From NCBI GenBank assembly GCA_002633005.1, contig NMRA01000398.1:132010-196009 (forward strand): a DNA stretch of 64,000 nt. The letters run 5' to 3'. Position numbers and translations under genes: made by a program. Every line of letters starts with the position of its first letter. Position 1 is the stretch's first letter. This document shows positions 25,559-38,118 of the stretch, one piece after another. The DNA comes from Phoronis australis. Taxonomy: Eukaryota; Animalia; Phoronida. The notes beneath the pieces are model-generated. The model made no database searches. It worked only from the letters and a program-made list of their open reading frames with translations, and was not told where the DNA came from.

Positions 25559-27289
25559 TCCAGTTGGACTTATTAAGTTCACTACATTTTAGCATGTTAG
25601 GACCGATTTTATCATTTAAATCTTTCACTCGTTAAGTAAGTTTGATGGGCACGTTTAGCATTAGTTCCTAAAAATTGATTAGTACAGCCATGAATTCCGT
25701 CGAGAAGACTGGTGCTGAAGTGAACACAATCTGTCCATTTTTACCTTATAGGGCCATCGATCCAGTTCACGCGTTTTGTCGATTTTGATCCATCAGTATA
25801 GTTGTAAAATATACTAGTCACCATTTCCGTTTTTATCGCATGTGATCCGTGTTCATCCTTAAATAACGTTTACTCGTTAAGTCGGATTTCATTAACTGGT
25901 TTAGTGTTAGAATAACTTACATTTCACAAAAGTGGATTAGAGCGAAAAATAATTTAGTGTTGTCAATATATGTTCTCTGCATGCACCTCATTGGCAACAC
26001 GATTGACTAAAGCATGTCTTGTGTTGTTATAGCATAGCTGAATTAAACTATTTGAGCTGTGTTCGCGAGTAAAATGAAAATGAGCGTTTAAAGGTTTCCC
26101 GGAAATTAGCAATTAAAATTATCTCATTAACAAATTTCATTAAGAAGAATAAAGGCAACAGACTACGGACGTTCTCCATTTATTTCATAATTGCCAGGAA
26201 TGGTGATGTTCCACTTTTCACTTGCCGGTTACCAGTTTGCAAATCATGCGGACGCTCGCAAATTTTGGCTCATGACATACACTTTGGAAATCGTGCTTGC
26301 AATAGAGCGAATGTTATTAATTTCTATTTTTACCCTGTGTGCTAACTAAGTAAACATGTCATATTGTTTCCTGGATTATTAACAACGTATAACATTGAAC
26401 ATCAGAAGTTGAGGAGAGCCTTACGCAATGTGTACTGTACATGCATGATCCCCAGAATGCAGTTCGTACAAACAATAGGCACCGCGCTGTCTTCACGCGT
26501 TTTAAAGACACTCTTTCCGCTTTATTCTAGTTAAAAACATCACAGAACGGGTTTTTAAAGCAAGATAGATCAGTCGAAACGTAAGCTCAGTTAAGTTTAG
26601 TTCAACACAACTCTAAATTTACTGGGAATTTTTTAAGTTATTTTATTTTTGGTGGTTCTAAAACATTGCACGTCAGTTTTGTATTTTTTGTGCTTTCATG
26701 CTCAATCGAATTTGTTTATTTTGTTCTTGTATTAGTGTGGAATGCATGAATTTGGGATAAACATCCTGGACCTTCTAGGAATTTTGAAGTCGTTGCTATG
26801 GCAATTGTCAAATATGATAACGTACCCGTATTTTGACAACGAGTTTGGTTGCCCGTTATTTAGTGGAGAAAACTGGTTCTCAAAATTCGGGCACGTTATA
26901 TCAAACCATTATCGTTGCTCTTAGCAAGTAAATCACATAGTGAATTAAAAACGCCAAGACGGCTTTCCTTTCATTATTTCGTCAGTGTTAACCAGCATGT
27001 AGCGTTTCAAAACAGAAATTTTGATCCTTCCAGTATGACACTTCTACTTGTGTTGACATGAAATTGCCTTAAGTCTAATTAGTACCTTGTTCCTCATTTC
27101 TCTTGCCATTCTTTAATAAGCCAAACCAAGACTTGTTACAGAAGTGAAGAATTTGAAACTTGGAGTTCCTACTTCGATCTCATTGCATTTTTGCGTATAC
27201 GGTTCTGTCACTTTGAAAGCGCAATGACATCATTGTGTTCTCTGATGCGCCTGAATTCTAGTGTGACTACAAACACATAGAATACGCAC

Positions 27290-27345
27290 CTTAAAACGAC
27301 GTTCGCCTGCAGAAGAAGAGTCGCACCAAACACAAACCAGCCCAT
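27290..27345 (-). CDS. Exon 1a: signal peptide MGWFVFGATLLLQANVVL(S)
   Basis: ATG in aaaATGG context, hydrophobic core, donor AG|gtgcgt in phase 2, matching the exon 2 acceptor. Confidence 0.88.
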
Positions 27346-27390
27346 TTTCGAATTTCCGGGCTAAATGTAGACCTCCGTACTCAGAAAGCC

Positions 27391-27625
27391 GGCCTACACA
27401 TGTTCCCGTTTTTGAGTAAGCGTTGGTTTTAGTCGATTATCTAACAGGTTCGAGCGAACAGTCAGAACCACACAGCGTTCCTAGGTAACATATGAAGACC
27501 TCATTGAGACCTACACACTAGGAACTCCTGGCCTACAAATGTTCCCTTTATTTGAGTAAGCGTGGCGAACAATCAGAATCGCACAGCGTACATGTACATG
27601 TACTTTGGTAACATAGGAAGACCCC
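27391..27625. repeat. Local tandem duplication (~140 bp) upstream of exon 1a
   Basis: ggcctaca(c/a)atgttccc..tttgagtaagcgt..gcgaaca.tcagaa..cacagcgt..ggtaacata.gaagacc occurs twice. Confidence 0.75.
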
Positions 27626-27632
27626 AGACAAA

Positions 27633-27645
27633 GCTTTTGTATAGT
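27633..27645 (-). promoter_or_regulatory. TATA-like element CTATACAAAA upstream of exon 1a
   Basis: The same word (plus strand ttttgtatagtgt) is conserved at about 39328-39340 upstream of exon 1b while flanks diverge. Function is inferred. Confidence 0.35.
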
Positions 27646-28308
27646 GTTTACAAAGCCGTTCCGTGTTCTTTTCATTGGACGCTGAATGTCTGGGTTAAAA
27701 TCAGACTGCCTTCAAAACCGTCCAAACGTCCAGGGATACCCAAAACTCATTTTCGGCAACTAGTGTTTCCTTGGCGTACTCGTGTAGGCATACGTGGAGT
27801 TTAAATGTTTTTGGGAAGTGGCACACATGTTGTTTTAACACATTACCGTGGCAATTTAAAAAAGTTATCACGTGATGTGGCTACAGAAAGCTACGATTAC
27901 CCATGACTGCAATTGACATATGCTAAACTTAACTCTGCTATTTGGCGGTGGTAGCAAAATGCATTTGACATGCTTTTCAAAACATTCAACTGATAAAGGA
28001 AAACAATTCACGGCGCACCTAACACTGACATTTTAGCCTCTTCAGTCAGACGCCCAGAGAGAATTTACTTTCGAACCTTCGACCAACACGGGATACGGCA
28101 CAATTCGGAACACTGGGAGTATTTTTGTATGCCGAGTTTACCCTCAGAGGTAAAATTTAAGTTGGGAACTTCAATCATACGGCCAAACACAGTTCACTTT
28201 GGAAATCGCACAACCTGTCATGTGACGGCAACTTTAACTACACCAGCAGTGGTTTACGCCCATCCAACAACCCGATCCGTTCGACAAAATACGAAGTAAA
28301 AAATGACA

Positions 28309-28405
28309 TCAGATATCATCTCCTGGTTTATTCGTAGAACATGGACGACATACAGTATGAGCAAGAATGATGATGGTGCAGACGCTGTTGGGAACGCCGT
28401 TCAAG
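28309..28405 (-). pseudogene. Truncated duplicate of exon 2 (LNGVPNSVCT, then unrelated IIILAHTVCRPCSTNKPGDDI*)
   Basis: Intact acceptor and near-identity to 15282-15311 over the first 30 nt. Homology stops at 28376, and the frame reaches TGA at 28309-28311. Confidence 0.75.
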
Positions 28406-28865
28406 CTGAAGAAGACACAAGTTACTTACAAATAGAGGACATATTCCGTTCCATCATGTGCCTTTGCTAGCCAAGCAATCACTTAAATTCTCTTCATCCA
28501 GGTCTGTCTCATTCGATCCAAATGTGTAATACAGTAAAGGTTCTCCACAAATTAGGATTTCAACCCGTTATAACCTGAACTATTTTTGTTAGGTTGATTT
28601 GCACACCAGACCAGCCTCTGGTGTCGACCCCGTCTCTTGGTGCAGTTGGAAGCTTGAATGTTCTATACGCTGTACTTAATTACTAACAAACTAAATAAAT
28701 AATTTTTTATCTACAATGGGATATTGTTCCCGAATTAAGTTTCAGAATATGAGGACCAGTATTTGAGACGGAAACCTATTCGTGCCTGACGAAATATGCA
28801 AATCGTTAGTTCCAACGTAACCTAGTGAAAGCCCTAATTAACCCTTTATACGTGCACTCTCGAGT

Positions 28866-29744
28866 CAGTGGCGGATCTAGGATATCACAACTGGGGGGGC
28901 AACATTTTGTCTGAAAACATGTGTTCAAAGCACGATTAGATGCGCACAGCCCCGCATGGGGGGAGGTCGGGAGGGGGTTGGCCCCCCTCCCGCCCAGGAG
29001 AACGTGGCAAACATGAAAAACTGCAATTATCACAGACTCGAACTCACGGCCTGGCGGATAGAGCGCACGTGCTTTACCACTGCACCACCACGATTTCATT
29101 CATAATTTCATTATTGTTTATGGTCCACAGCGTTTGCGCGGGAAACCTACTTCTTTTTGTAATGCTTATTACACTTTTTATATTTTGTGCAATCAGTTCG
29201 TAACAAAATTTGTAGTATTTATAATAGTCTTCAATTGCCCAAAAGACCAAATCCGTTTTTTGTGTTGGCATTAATGACGCGATTGCTTTGGAAATCGTTT
29301 TAAGTTAAGGTTTGACAAAGAGTGGATTATGAGTTTCTGAGTGATTCACTAAGGCTTTGATTAAAATTCACATCTTACCAGCAGCTTCTGTTTTTTCATC
29401 GTCACTAAGATTCCATTTTCTTTAAAAAAATGAAGTAATTTTCTTCATTGCACAGTGAAGCAGACGACGGAAACGGGGTCGTAGTGCGCAGCTCCACTGC
29501 CGGTCGCCTGGGTTATCGCAGGAGAGCCTATTCTTAGCCATAGTTTCGTTACGATTGAGCTGTGTTCCGAATTTGATAATTGAAATTGGATCTGAGCCCC
29601 CCCCCAAACACACTAAAACTGCACACATTTAAAACTGTTTTCCGCCGTATATTTTTAAATAGCGGGGTTAATTAATAAACTCAACATTTCCCTACGCTCT
29701 TGCAGCCAAGGGGGGGGGGGCTGCCCCCCCTAAATCCGCCTATG
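28866..29744 (-). mobile_element. MITE with 5-bp TSD (hAT5-like), copy 1
   Basis: Ends cagtggcggat / atccgcctatg, flanked by CGAGT on both sides. Empty site (caagt) in copy A at about 15706-15710. Confidence 0.9.
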
Positions 29745-30023
29745 CGAGTGAAGGTAATGTGCTATTTTCGGCAGGCGTAAAGAGCAGTGTTTTTATTTTC
29801 AGAAAAGAACGCGGTGGGGATTGACGCCAGGGGCTCGGTCCATTTCTGGGACACCTAACGGAGGAGAGTTCGAACGCGCCGCAAACCTACAGTGTATAGG
29901 CATGTTCTGGTTTGATTTCTATACCCAGTTATGAATGTTTGGAAAATAGAGTATATGAACATGATGATTGGCCACTAGTTTAACAAATAAATGATAGTAA
30001 ATTGTAAGGTGCGCGACAAACTA

Positions 30024-30421
30024 GGGACCGTGCTCTAATATTTATACTCGATATCGAACTCGAAATTATTTTTGGCATTTTCCATTAATCTATTTTTGTG
30101 TGAACTCAACATAAGTGTCCATTGTTTGATGTTCGACTACACAGTGGTTTATGTGGATAACCTAATAATCATAGTCTGCACTTGATGACCCCAGCATTAA
30201 GGCTAAAATTTCCAGTCCCGAAATCTCGACTTTTTACTCGAGTTTCAATGGCACAAATCTTGGATCATCAAGTACAGATTTAGACTAGAAACTCTTATTT
30301 GTAATCAATAGAGCACTGGAGCACATACGAGTAGTCACTTACATTGTATACTGAGTTCGCACCGGACAGAAAATGACAAAAGTAATTTCGAAATGATTTT
30401 CAAATACGAAGACAATATCCC
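30024..30421. mobile_element. Same MITE in copy B, uninterrupted
   Basis: Contains the empty site for the 16030-16782 LINE (tttggcattttccattaatctattttt). Confidence 0.7.
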
Positions 30422-33253
30422 GTTATTGTACCCGAAGACCTTGGTACTCACTTACAGAAAACGTGGCTTATATAGAAAAACATGCATTGCACGGTTGTCC
30501 CACTTTTCAAAACGTAAGGAAATAGCTGATTTTCGAAATTAAATTTCAATATTCCGGCAGATTCGGCCAGGCAGTCTCTTGTAGACAGGCGTTAAAGATG
30601 TATCTGCATGTTAAATGCCAATGTATAGCAGGAACTTAACGAGAATGCTATTTCAACATCATCTTCACTAAAACAAATTGCTGTTGTACTCATTGACAAG
30701 ATGTAAATTGAATACAAAAAATCTGAAAATATGTGACCTTTGTATCCAAGACGTACCCCTGGCTATTCGTAACATGGATTGTGATTCGCCAACAAACATC
30801 ACCCGTCACGACACCTACATGTACTTCAAGACTGAGTGATTTACGGCGGATCATTTTCGACACAAATCTCGGTAATTTCAACGTACGTCATATTCACATC
30901 GTGGCTAATTGTGTTTCTATTCAATTTGGCAAAACCATCACAGAGATGAGGGATAAGCCTGTACATGTAAGTTTCATTTCAAGTGTCACCTACAGATCTC
31001 ATGTAATGCGAACGAGAGGTTTCAAACTACGGGTTTAAACAACATTTTAATACATTTCCTTCTTTCCTAATATGGGCAAATCTACACTGCTACAGGTATG
31101 CAAGATGGGAATATATGTTGAATGTGAAAATTTTAGTTTCTACAAAATTCCTGTGAAATACGGCCAACCCTTATAATGAATAATTTAATTACAATTTCAA
31201 ACAAATAGATGAATATAAATTTAGCATGTAAAAATTAACATCATATCTGTTAAAAATCCATTCTAGTTCCATGATATCCAGGGAACAGAACAATGATTTT
31301 GGAACATTTATAGACAAAAATAGGGATCATTTTATACTGAAGTAAAGAAGAAAGTTTGAGAACCGTATCGAAATAAAATAACATAATATCTTACCAAATA
31401 AGAATTAAAAAGAGTGCCACAATTTCAATTTTAAAGCGATGTGAATCTCCCTGTATTCGTGTAAAATACGCAAACACTAACGGGATTACGTCATAGCCAA
31501 CAATGGCATGTAGAACCTAAGCATTTTCAAAAAGGAACTGTTCGGCAAGGAGACGTGCCAGAAAACATCAGTTGTAGAATTTATAGTTACAGTATACCCC
31601 CTGCATCTCATAGATGACACGAATCGAGGTCAAAAGGGGTATTTTTTATAATCAGTTACCGTAAAAAATGGAGAGTTTCCCGACAAAACTACTTTTAAAC
31701 GGAATCACTTCAGGGTCGAGCAAGGGATATGAAGTTAACTTTCTTCTAATTGACTAGAATGCTTGGATGCTTTCAAGAATATAGATGTACAAAACTAACA
31801 CTGCTGACAATGCCATTAATTACGTGAATTCCGCGACATCCGAAAAAAAGGAACATTCATGAGGAAAATTCTTCAACAGTTTTTGCACACATTTGAATGC
31901 GAATCAGTAACCGGTGGCATGGAACCGTCTAGTATAGGGACTCAGCTGTTTCCTAAACCTTTTGCGTATTGGTATCAATATTTGTTAACGCGTGGAATCT
32001 TTTTTATCATTTTATCGTCATTACGAGTTTCTCTTTGACTAATGAAATGTTTTTGTAATTTCAGATTTTTCAGAGATGTTTTAGGTGTCAAAGCTAACTT
32101 AATGGAATATAACTGAATTGTTTCAGTTGTTGTTAAGTTCCAACGAAAATGTGATATCGCTATAGTTGTAGACTTTGATGATTATTGTCTTGTCATATTT
32201 GTGCTCAACTGAATTGATGCTGCGAAGTTTCAAAGGCGGAGTCAAAACGGCCCAAAAATTAATGTAAAGACAGATAACCGTGACTTAGGAGGACGTTAAC
32301 TCACTTACTTACGGTAAAACAAAAAAGAGCTAGTCTTGAATGGTTTCAGTTTAGGCTGTTGCGAATTCTGACTAAGCATTTGTTTTTAAAACTAATTTAA
32401 GTTACGAAAGTCGACCTTGCTCCTTTTGTGAAGCAATTAAATACACTTTTGAAGCATTCATTTAGGAACTTTGAAAAACCCGAAATTTTTTTGGACAAGG
32501 GTAAATAACGAAATTTAAAGCAACTTCATGTGTCGGCTCACAGTCTTACAGTGATGTTGTCCTGGGCATTTCTGGTAAAAAAGATACTTTTAAAAACTTT
32601 TGGGTAAACAATTTTATTTTCAGAAGTTTCTTTCGCAAAGATAATTACTCTTGAGCGCCATGGTCAAATCCATCGAACAATAATATTTAGTGAGAAGTAC
32701 AGTGTACGGAAAATTCAAATTTAGATCTCAGAAAAGAGGTGCTCCAACTATGAAACTAGTTATCTAAGTAGCCAGCGGGATTAGGTGTGCGCGCGCTTGC
32801 GTGTATGATAGTGTGTCCTTTTGCAAATATGTCTTTTCTTCAATAAATGTATGGAAATACCCAGGGAGTGGCAAGCAAGGAATACGGTTTACTCAGGCCG
32901 AATGACGTTTTCGAAACCAGTTCAGTACGTGACTACTTACTTCCAGTTTCGAGGAACTGTATCAACTCAAATGGTTCAAAATGTGAATGAATCACGCGAA
33001 ATTGACTAAATACATTAGAAGGGTAACGCTGTACTCAAACGCGTCAGCTTGTACTTCTCAAGCCTTTCAACGAATATAAAAGTAAGACAAAATATTTAAG
33101 CCAACCCCCTACACTTAAATTTCCATCGCTGACTACGATAAGTTACACAGAAGTTCCCACTAACGCAGACACAAACACTTACTTGGATTTTATTGCGACA
33201 CATGTTCTGTCGCAATATTTCCACTTGAACTTTTTAAGTTCACTACAGTTTAG

Positions 33254-33347
33254 CATGTTATTACCATTTTACCATGTTATTACCATTTCACCATGTTATT
33301 ATCATTTTACCATGTTATTACCATTTTACCATGTTATTACCATTTTA
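33254..33347. repeat. 19-bp minisatellite (ccattttaccatgttatta) x ~5
   Basis: Read directly; only one unit at the paralogous site near 25590. Confidence 0.9.
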
Positions 33348-35873
33348 ACCCTTAAATCTACACTCACTCATTAACTAAGTTTGATGCATACGTTCAGCAT
33401 TGGAAATAAGTTTTATATCCTAAAAATTGATTAGTACAGACACTAATTCTTCGAGACCAACTGTGATGAAATTAACACAATCCATGTTTACATGCTAGGG
33501 CCCAAGTTACCCGTCTAGTCGATTTTGATCCTTCTGTTTAGTAGTAAAATGGCGTTTTTATTTCACTAGAACAGTCACCATTTCCCATCGTTTAAATAAC
33601 GGTTACTCGTAAAGTCGGATATGATTAATTGGTTTAGTGCTAAAGTAATTTATATTTCACAAAAGTGGATTAGAACGAAATATAATTTAGTGTCGTCATT
33701 ATATGCTCGATGCATGTACCTCAGTGGCAACACGATTGCATGAAGTTTTTATAGCATAGCCAAATTAAATTATTTGAGCTGTGATCGAGAGTAAAATGAA
33801 ATTGAGCTAAAGGTTTTTCGAAATTAGCTAACAAAATTTCATTCATAAAAACAAAAGTACCAAATTACGATAATTCTCCACTTATTTCGCACAAAAATAA
33901 TTACCGTAATTGTCATTGTTCCATTTTTCAAAGGTTGGTTACAAATTATGTACCTATTTTCAGGAAACTTAAGGTTGCTGTACAGGGATTTTGATATTTG
34001 AACTGGTTTAAGGTTGATAAATGGGAAAATGTCCGACAGAAATGGAAACTTCTGCAATACGCACAACTGAAGGAACGTGCAAAACAAAAATCACAAGAAT
34101 TTAGAGTTGGTAATGAAGAAATAAAATCATTTCAAAATAATTTTCGTTTCAGCGTTTTCTTTTTATTCTTTGGGTCAGTGCTCGACACCTAGCTGAACGC
34201 CTACTCGCCAAATGCGACTCAGCGAGAATCCCAGGTCGCCAAATGAAAACAGATCGCCAAAACAGATCATAAATTGACTTGTGAGTGTGTTTTCTGAGAG
34301 CGATATGTCCAAAATACGCGTTGATTTTAAACTATTTCCTATTTATTCGCAATGGTAATGTTGACCTGGACAGCGTTGGGTTTTGTTACCCGTTATGATG
34401 TTTGTGACTGTGGAAACGGTTAAGCTTGCAGGCTCTTATATCAGCTACCCGCTGGGAGCGAAGTGGCAATACATGTTTACAGTCGCGACAGGCAAATGAC
34501 CAATAGCGCTACAGGACGAAAACAGCAACAGACCCCACACTATTGGGCCAATTTTTAAAGGCAGTAAATTTGCGTACATGAAACATTAGAGGAAGGCTTA
34601 AGTCTCGATTACAGTTTGGAAAGTACAAAGCTTCTGTAGTTACACCCAACTGAACACGTTGAATAATCGTTTTTCACACTGAGACTCTAATTGTTCAAAT
34701 GTGTAAAACTGTTAAACTATTATAAGTAAGTAATAAGTACTGTAAATACAGATTTATTTCGGGCTGGTATGGTTCACAAGCGGATAAAGCAGTAGAATAC
34801 GTGCTAGTCCCCGAAAGAAATTGAGGCAGAAATATGTAACTGTCCTTAAAAGAACCAAATACATGTACACGAGAAAAACTAATGGATAACGTTCTTGGTC
34901 TAAAGCGTTAGAATCCTACAATTACTCCCATGAGTCCAAGAATAATATCTTACAAAAGCAAAGCACGAGGAACGCGTTAACCAAACCGGAGGTAAGATTG
35001 GGGGCTACCCGTAAAGTAAGCGTGAGAAGACCGTGACTGATTTCGCTCACGCGCGCGTTCCGGTTACGCTACTGTCTGGCTAGCCCGATGTGAGGCACAT
35101 CAGACGAAAGTCTAATGACTCAGTGTCTGTGTAAGGGATTCATGTAGGCGTCAATTTGTTTATTGCTCGACACCATGACGTCATGAATGACACCAGGCAT
35201 AAAGTAATGTACCTAAACATTTTGAAAAGAAACCGTTCTGACGTGCCTGAATCTAGGCATCAGTTCTTGCGTACATACATTGTACTGCGGCACCCCAGAG
35301 TTAGGTAATATGCAGTTTAAGAGCCCTGGGTGCCTGAAAGCATTAGTTGAATACTTCACAATTACAATAGGTTAGACTACTGACCTGCTTCCGAAAGCGC
35401 TTTAGACTGCAAGCCCTTCACGCGTCCGAAATTGCATAAGATTTAGGCCCTCAGGTGTTGCGTATACATGTACGCAACATTCCGCTTGTTAGATTCAGTA
35501 ACCCTTTCGTACCTCACGAAAACAACCGCCAAGTTTTCTCCTGAAGCCAAGGGAGCTGCTTTGAGTTGGACAATTTGTGTCTGGATCATATTGGAAATGT
35601 ATATATCCTGGCATGGGCGGGACTTTCACTCTCAGTTGCGAGACGACTTTAATCGTTCGAACTGAAAACTATTTCCTTTAGACGAAGGTAAAAACAACTT
35701 TATCGAGTCTGCAAAGACGCTAATTTAAAACTTAACGGTGGACAGCTTTAATCAAGTTGGACATCCGAGACACGACACATGAACTGTCTCCCTGACGCTG
35801 AGAGACCGGGCTCAAATCCCGAAGTGCTGACGTCAACCGAGGCCGTAGTGAGAAAAACCCGGGTTAAACACCT

Positions 35874-36274
35874 GGGCCAGGGTTCTAATATTTTTTTTCG
35901 AAATGGAACTCGAAACTATCTTTGGAATTTTTTACTCTAGTATTGAGCGAACTCAAGACAAGTGCCTACTTTTCTATGCTTTAGTTTTAATGACTTACAT
36001 GTACTTGGATAATTTTTAGTAATGTAGTTTGCTGTTGATAAACCCAATATTGAGGCAAAAAGTTCGAGTTTGAACTTGAAATTTCGAGTTTTCACTCGAG
36101 TTTGTAGCAGGAATATAATGGTCATCAAGTGCAACTTGGACTAGTAACTCATACCTATAATGAATTCGAGCACAGTCTAATAACCACTTATCTTGAGTTC
36201 GCACAAAAGTTTTAGAGAAATTGTCAAAAATAATTTCGAGTTCGTTTCGAATACAAAGATTAGATTCCAGTCCC
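35874..36274. mobile_element. Third copy of the MITE, with both TIRs
   Basis: gggccagggttctaat...cgaaatggaactcgaaa / tttcgagttcgtttcg...attagattccagtccc. Confidence 0.7.
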
Positions 36275-36314
36275 TAGACTTCAAAGCCCACCTTTAGTGG
36301 GCACAGCCTCATGG

Positions 36315-36483
36315 TCTGGTTCCGACAGCCAGTGTTCCGACGACCCACTGTTTTCAAAGCCCATAGTCCGACAGCCCAATGTTCCGACAATTTGCCTGTT
36401 GTTCCAACGGCTCATTGTTTCCCAAAAATTATCCAATAATCCAGAAGTCTGACAGCACATTGCTCCTACAGCCCAGAAGTCCG
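36315..36483. repeat. Degenerate ~16-bp repeat array (gttccgacagccca)
   Basis: Repeated tccgacagcc / tgttccgac words. Confidence 0.6.
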
Positions 36484-38118
36484 GTTGTGTATTTGTGATT
36501 TTTTACAGGTAACAATAAAAAACACTGTCAAAATTAAAAGGATTTGGTCAAGGGAGTCTTTAAAATATATTCAATGGATAGGGGACTTCCGATGTCCACA
36601 GAGCCGAGTAGAGAACACACTTAATCAATAACAATTCCGTCACTATTTCTCATTCTGTCCATGTGCTACATGGCAGTAGTTTGAAGGTACACTAGCCCGA
36701 AGGTGTGCCTGGTTCTCTGCGGTACGTGATACTTCCGTAGGCCACTGAACAGGCGCGAAAAACAATCGCTAAACATTTTCAAAATGTTTCTGCGTTTACT
36801 CTCGATACTTTGTGCCAACACCACAAGTGTTCTCTATGAAAGAAAACAAAGTCTAATATCATTGTTTATCGCGAATTACTGCTCAATAACCTTGCAAAAA
36901 CTGAGTGATAAAAATTTGAGTCACTACGCAGGGAAGTGAATTTTTTCGCCGTTCTCCAAAAACCTCAAACCGAGGCATTTTTTATGCAACTATATACTTG
37001 ATTATCAAAATGGTTTCCGGGCACACCAATGAGTGTCGTAGAATTCCGACAAACATTTCATTTTAATGTGTTGTCTCAGTTCTGCTTAAATGTAGACGTT
37101 CGGACGGTGATGCATGACGGGAGATAAAGAAAACAGCACATGTTCGTGTTCCTCGTGATTTCAGGTTAGTCATCGAATTTATTCATTTTGTTTCTGTATG
37201 GTGAGAAACACATAGAATTTGAATAAACTTACTCACCCTTCTTGCCAACAAATAAGTAACATGATGGTTTTAAAAACGCCAAAAACTCTTAAAGACGCTT
37301 TTCTAAATGATTTGCTGTGACCGTTAACGAGATAAGACATGCATACAAAAACCTTAACATTTTACTCCTTCATGTACGTGTGCGGTACCCTTACGTCTGT
37401 TTACAGAGATGTGCTCTTAAAAGTATATTGTTGTTCATAACCGTGCTGTTTTTTTATTAAGCCAAAACTAGAAACGTGTTCAGTAATTAGGCGAGCGCTT
37501 GGATTTAAAACAACAGTTTGGCAAGCGAGCGCTCGCGAAATGTTCGTATAAAAATCACAGATGGCGGCCTACGTGCACTTAGCGCTTCAAGAGGTAAGGA
37601 CAATGATTCGAAGCGGTCTAAGTGTACTTTGGGAGTGTGGGAATTACAGACAGGAAATATGCGCGACAAGATTGTTGGAAGTAATTTTAAACTTGTTACG
37701 GAAATAATTAATGGCATTAACTTGCAGATTAATACTGACTATATGGTTCTTTTTGTTTCGTTACGCACCATTCCCAAGGACTGCTAAAACCAATAAATTT
37801 CGAACAGGACTACCTGATCTTGTATCACTTTGATTAAACTTGACAAACAAGTCTATTGCGTCGGTACACAATGTTGTGTTAGAAAGCGGGCAAGAGTTAT
37901 CAGGCACACAAAGTAGCAGTTGAGAGTTAATACATTCTCTGAAAGTTAATAGTTTTTGAAGATTTTGGTGATAGTAATTCATAAAAAACACACCTTCTTC
38001 ACGACATTTGTTGAAACTCATTTGGAAATAGTATTTTTAAATATCGGTCAGCGTCCGGCGCTGCTGATTAAAACGATTGATGGATTACGTGAGCTTATCA
38101 GATGAACGCAGACAATAA

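Larger units (their letters stand above)
962..27345 (-). other. Multi-exon gene (13 exons in window, 3' end beyond window start) for a large secreted/extracellular EMI + EGF-like + FN3-like repeat protein
   Basis: Exons 27290-27345, 15192-15311, 11063-11148, 10286-10387, 9885-10034, 8977-9090, 7726-7986, 6885-7038, 5155-5761, 3037-3181, 2642-2805, 1820-2104 and 962-1296. All introns are GT-AG with matching phases (2,2,1,1,1,1,1,2,0,1,0,0). They join into one stop-free frame of 2579 nt. Confidence 0.92.
15282..27790. repeat. Segmental duplication copy A (5' end of the EMI gene)
   Basis: Colinear diverged blocks: 15282-15700 vs 28376-28845; 15705-17300 vs 29745-30610; 21330-21620 plus 22835-24290 vs 31512-33220; 25557-26140 vs 33220-33850; 27280-27790 vs 39050-39430. 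Confidence 0.9.
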
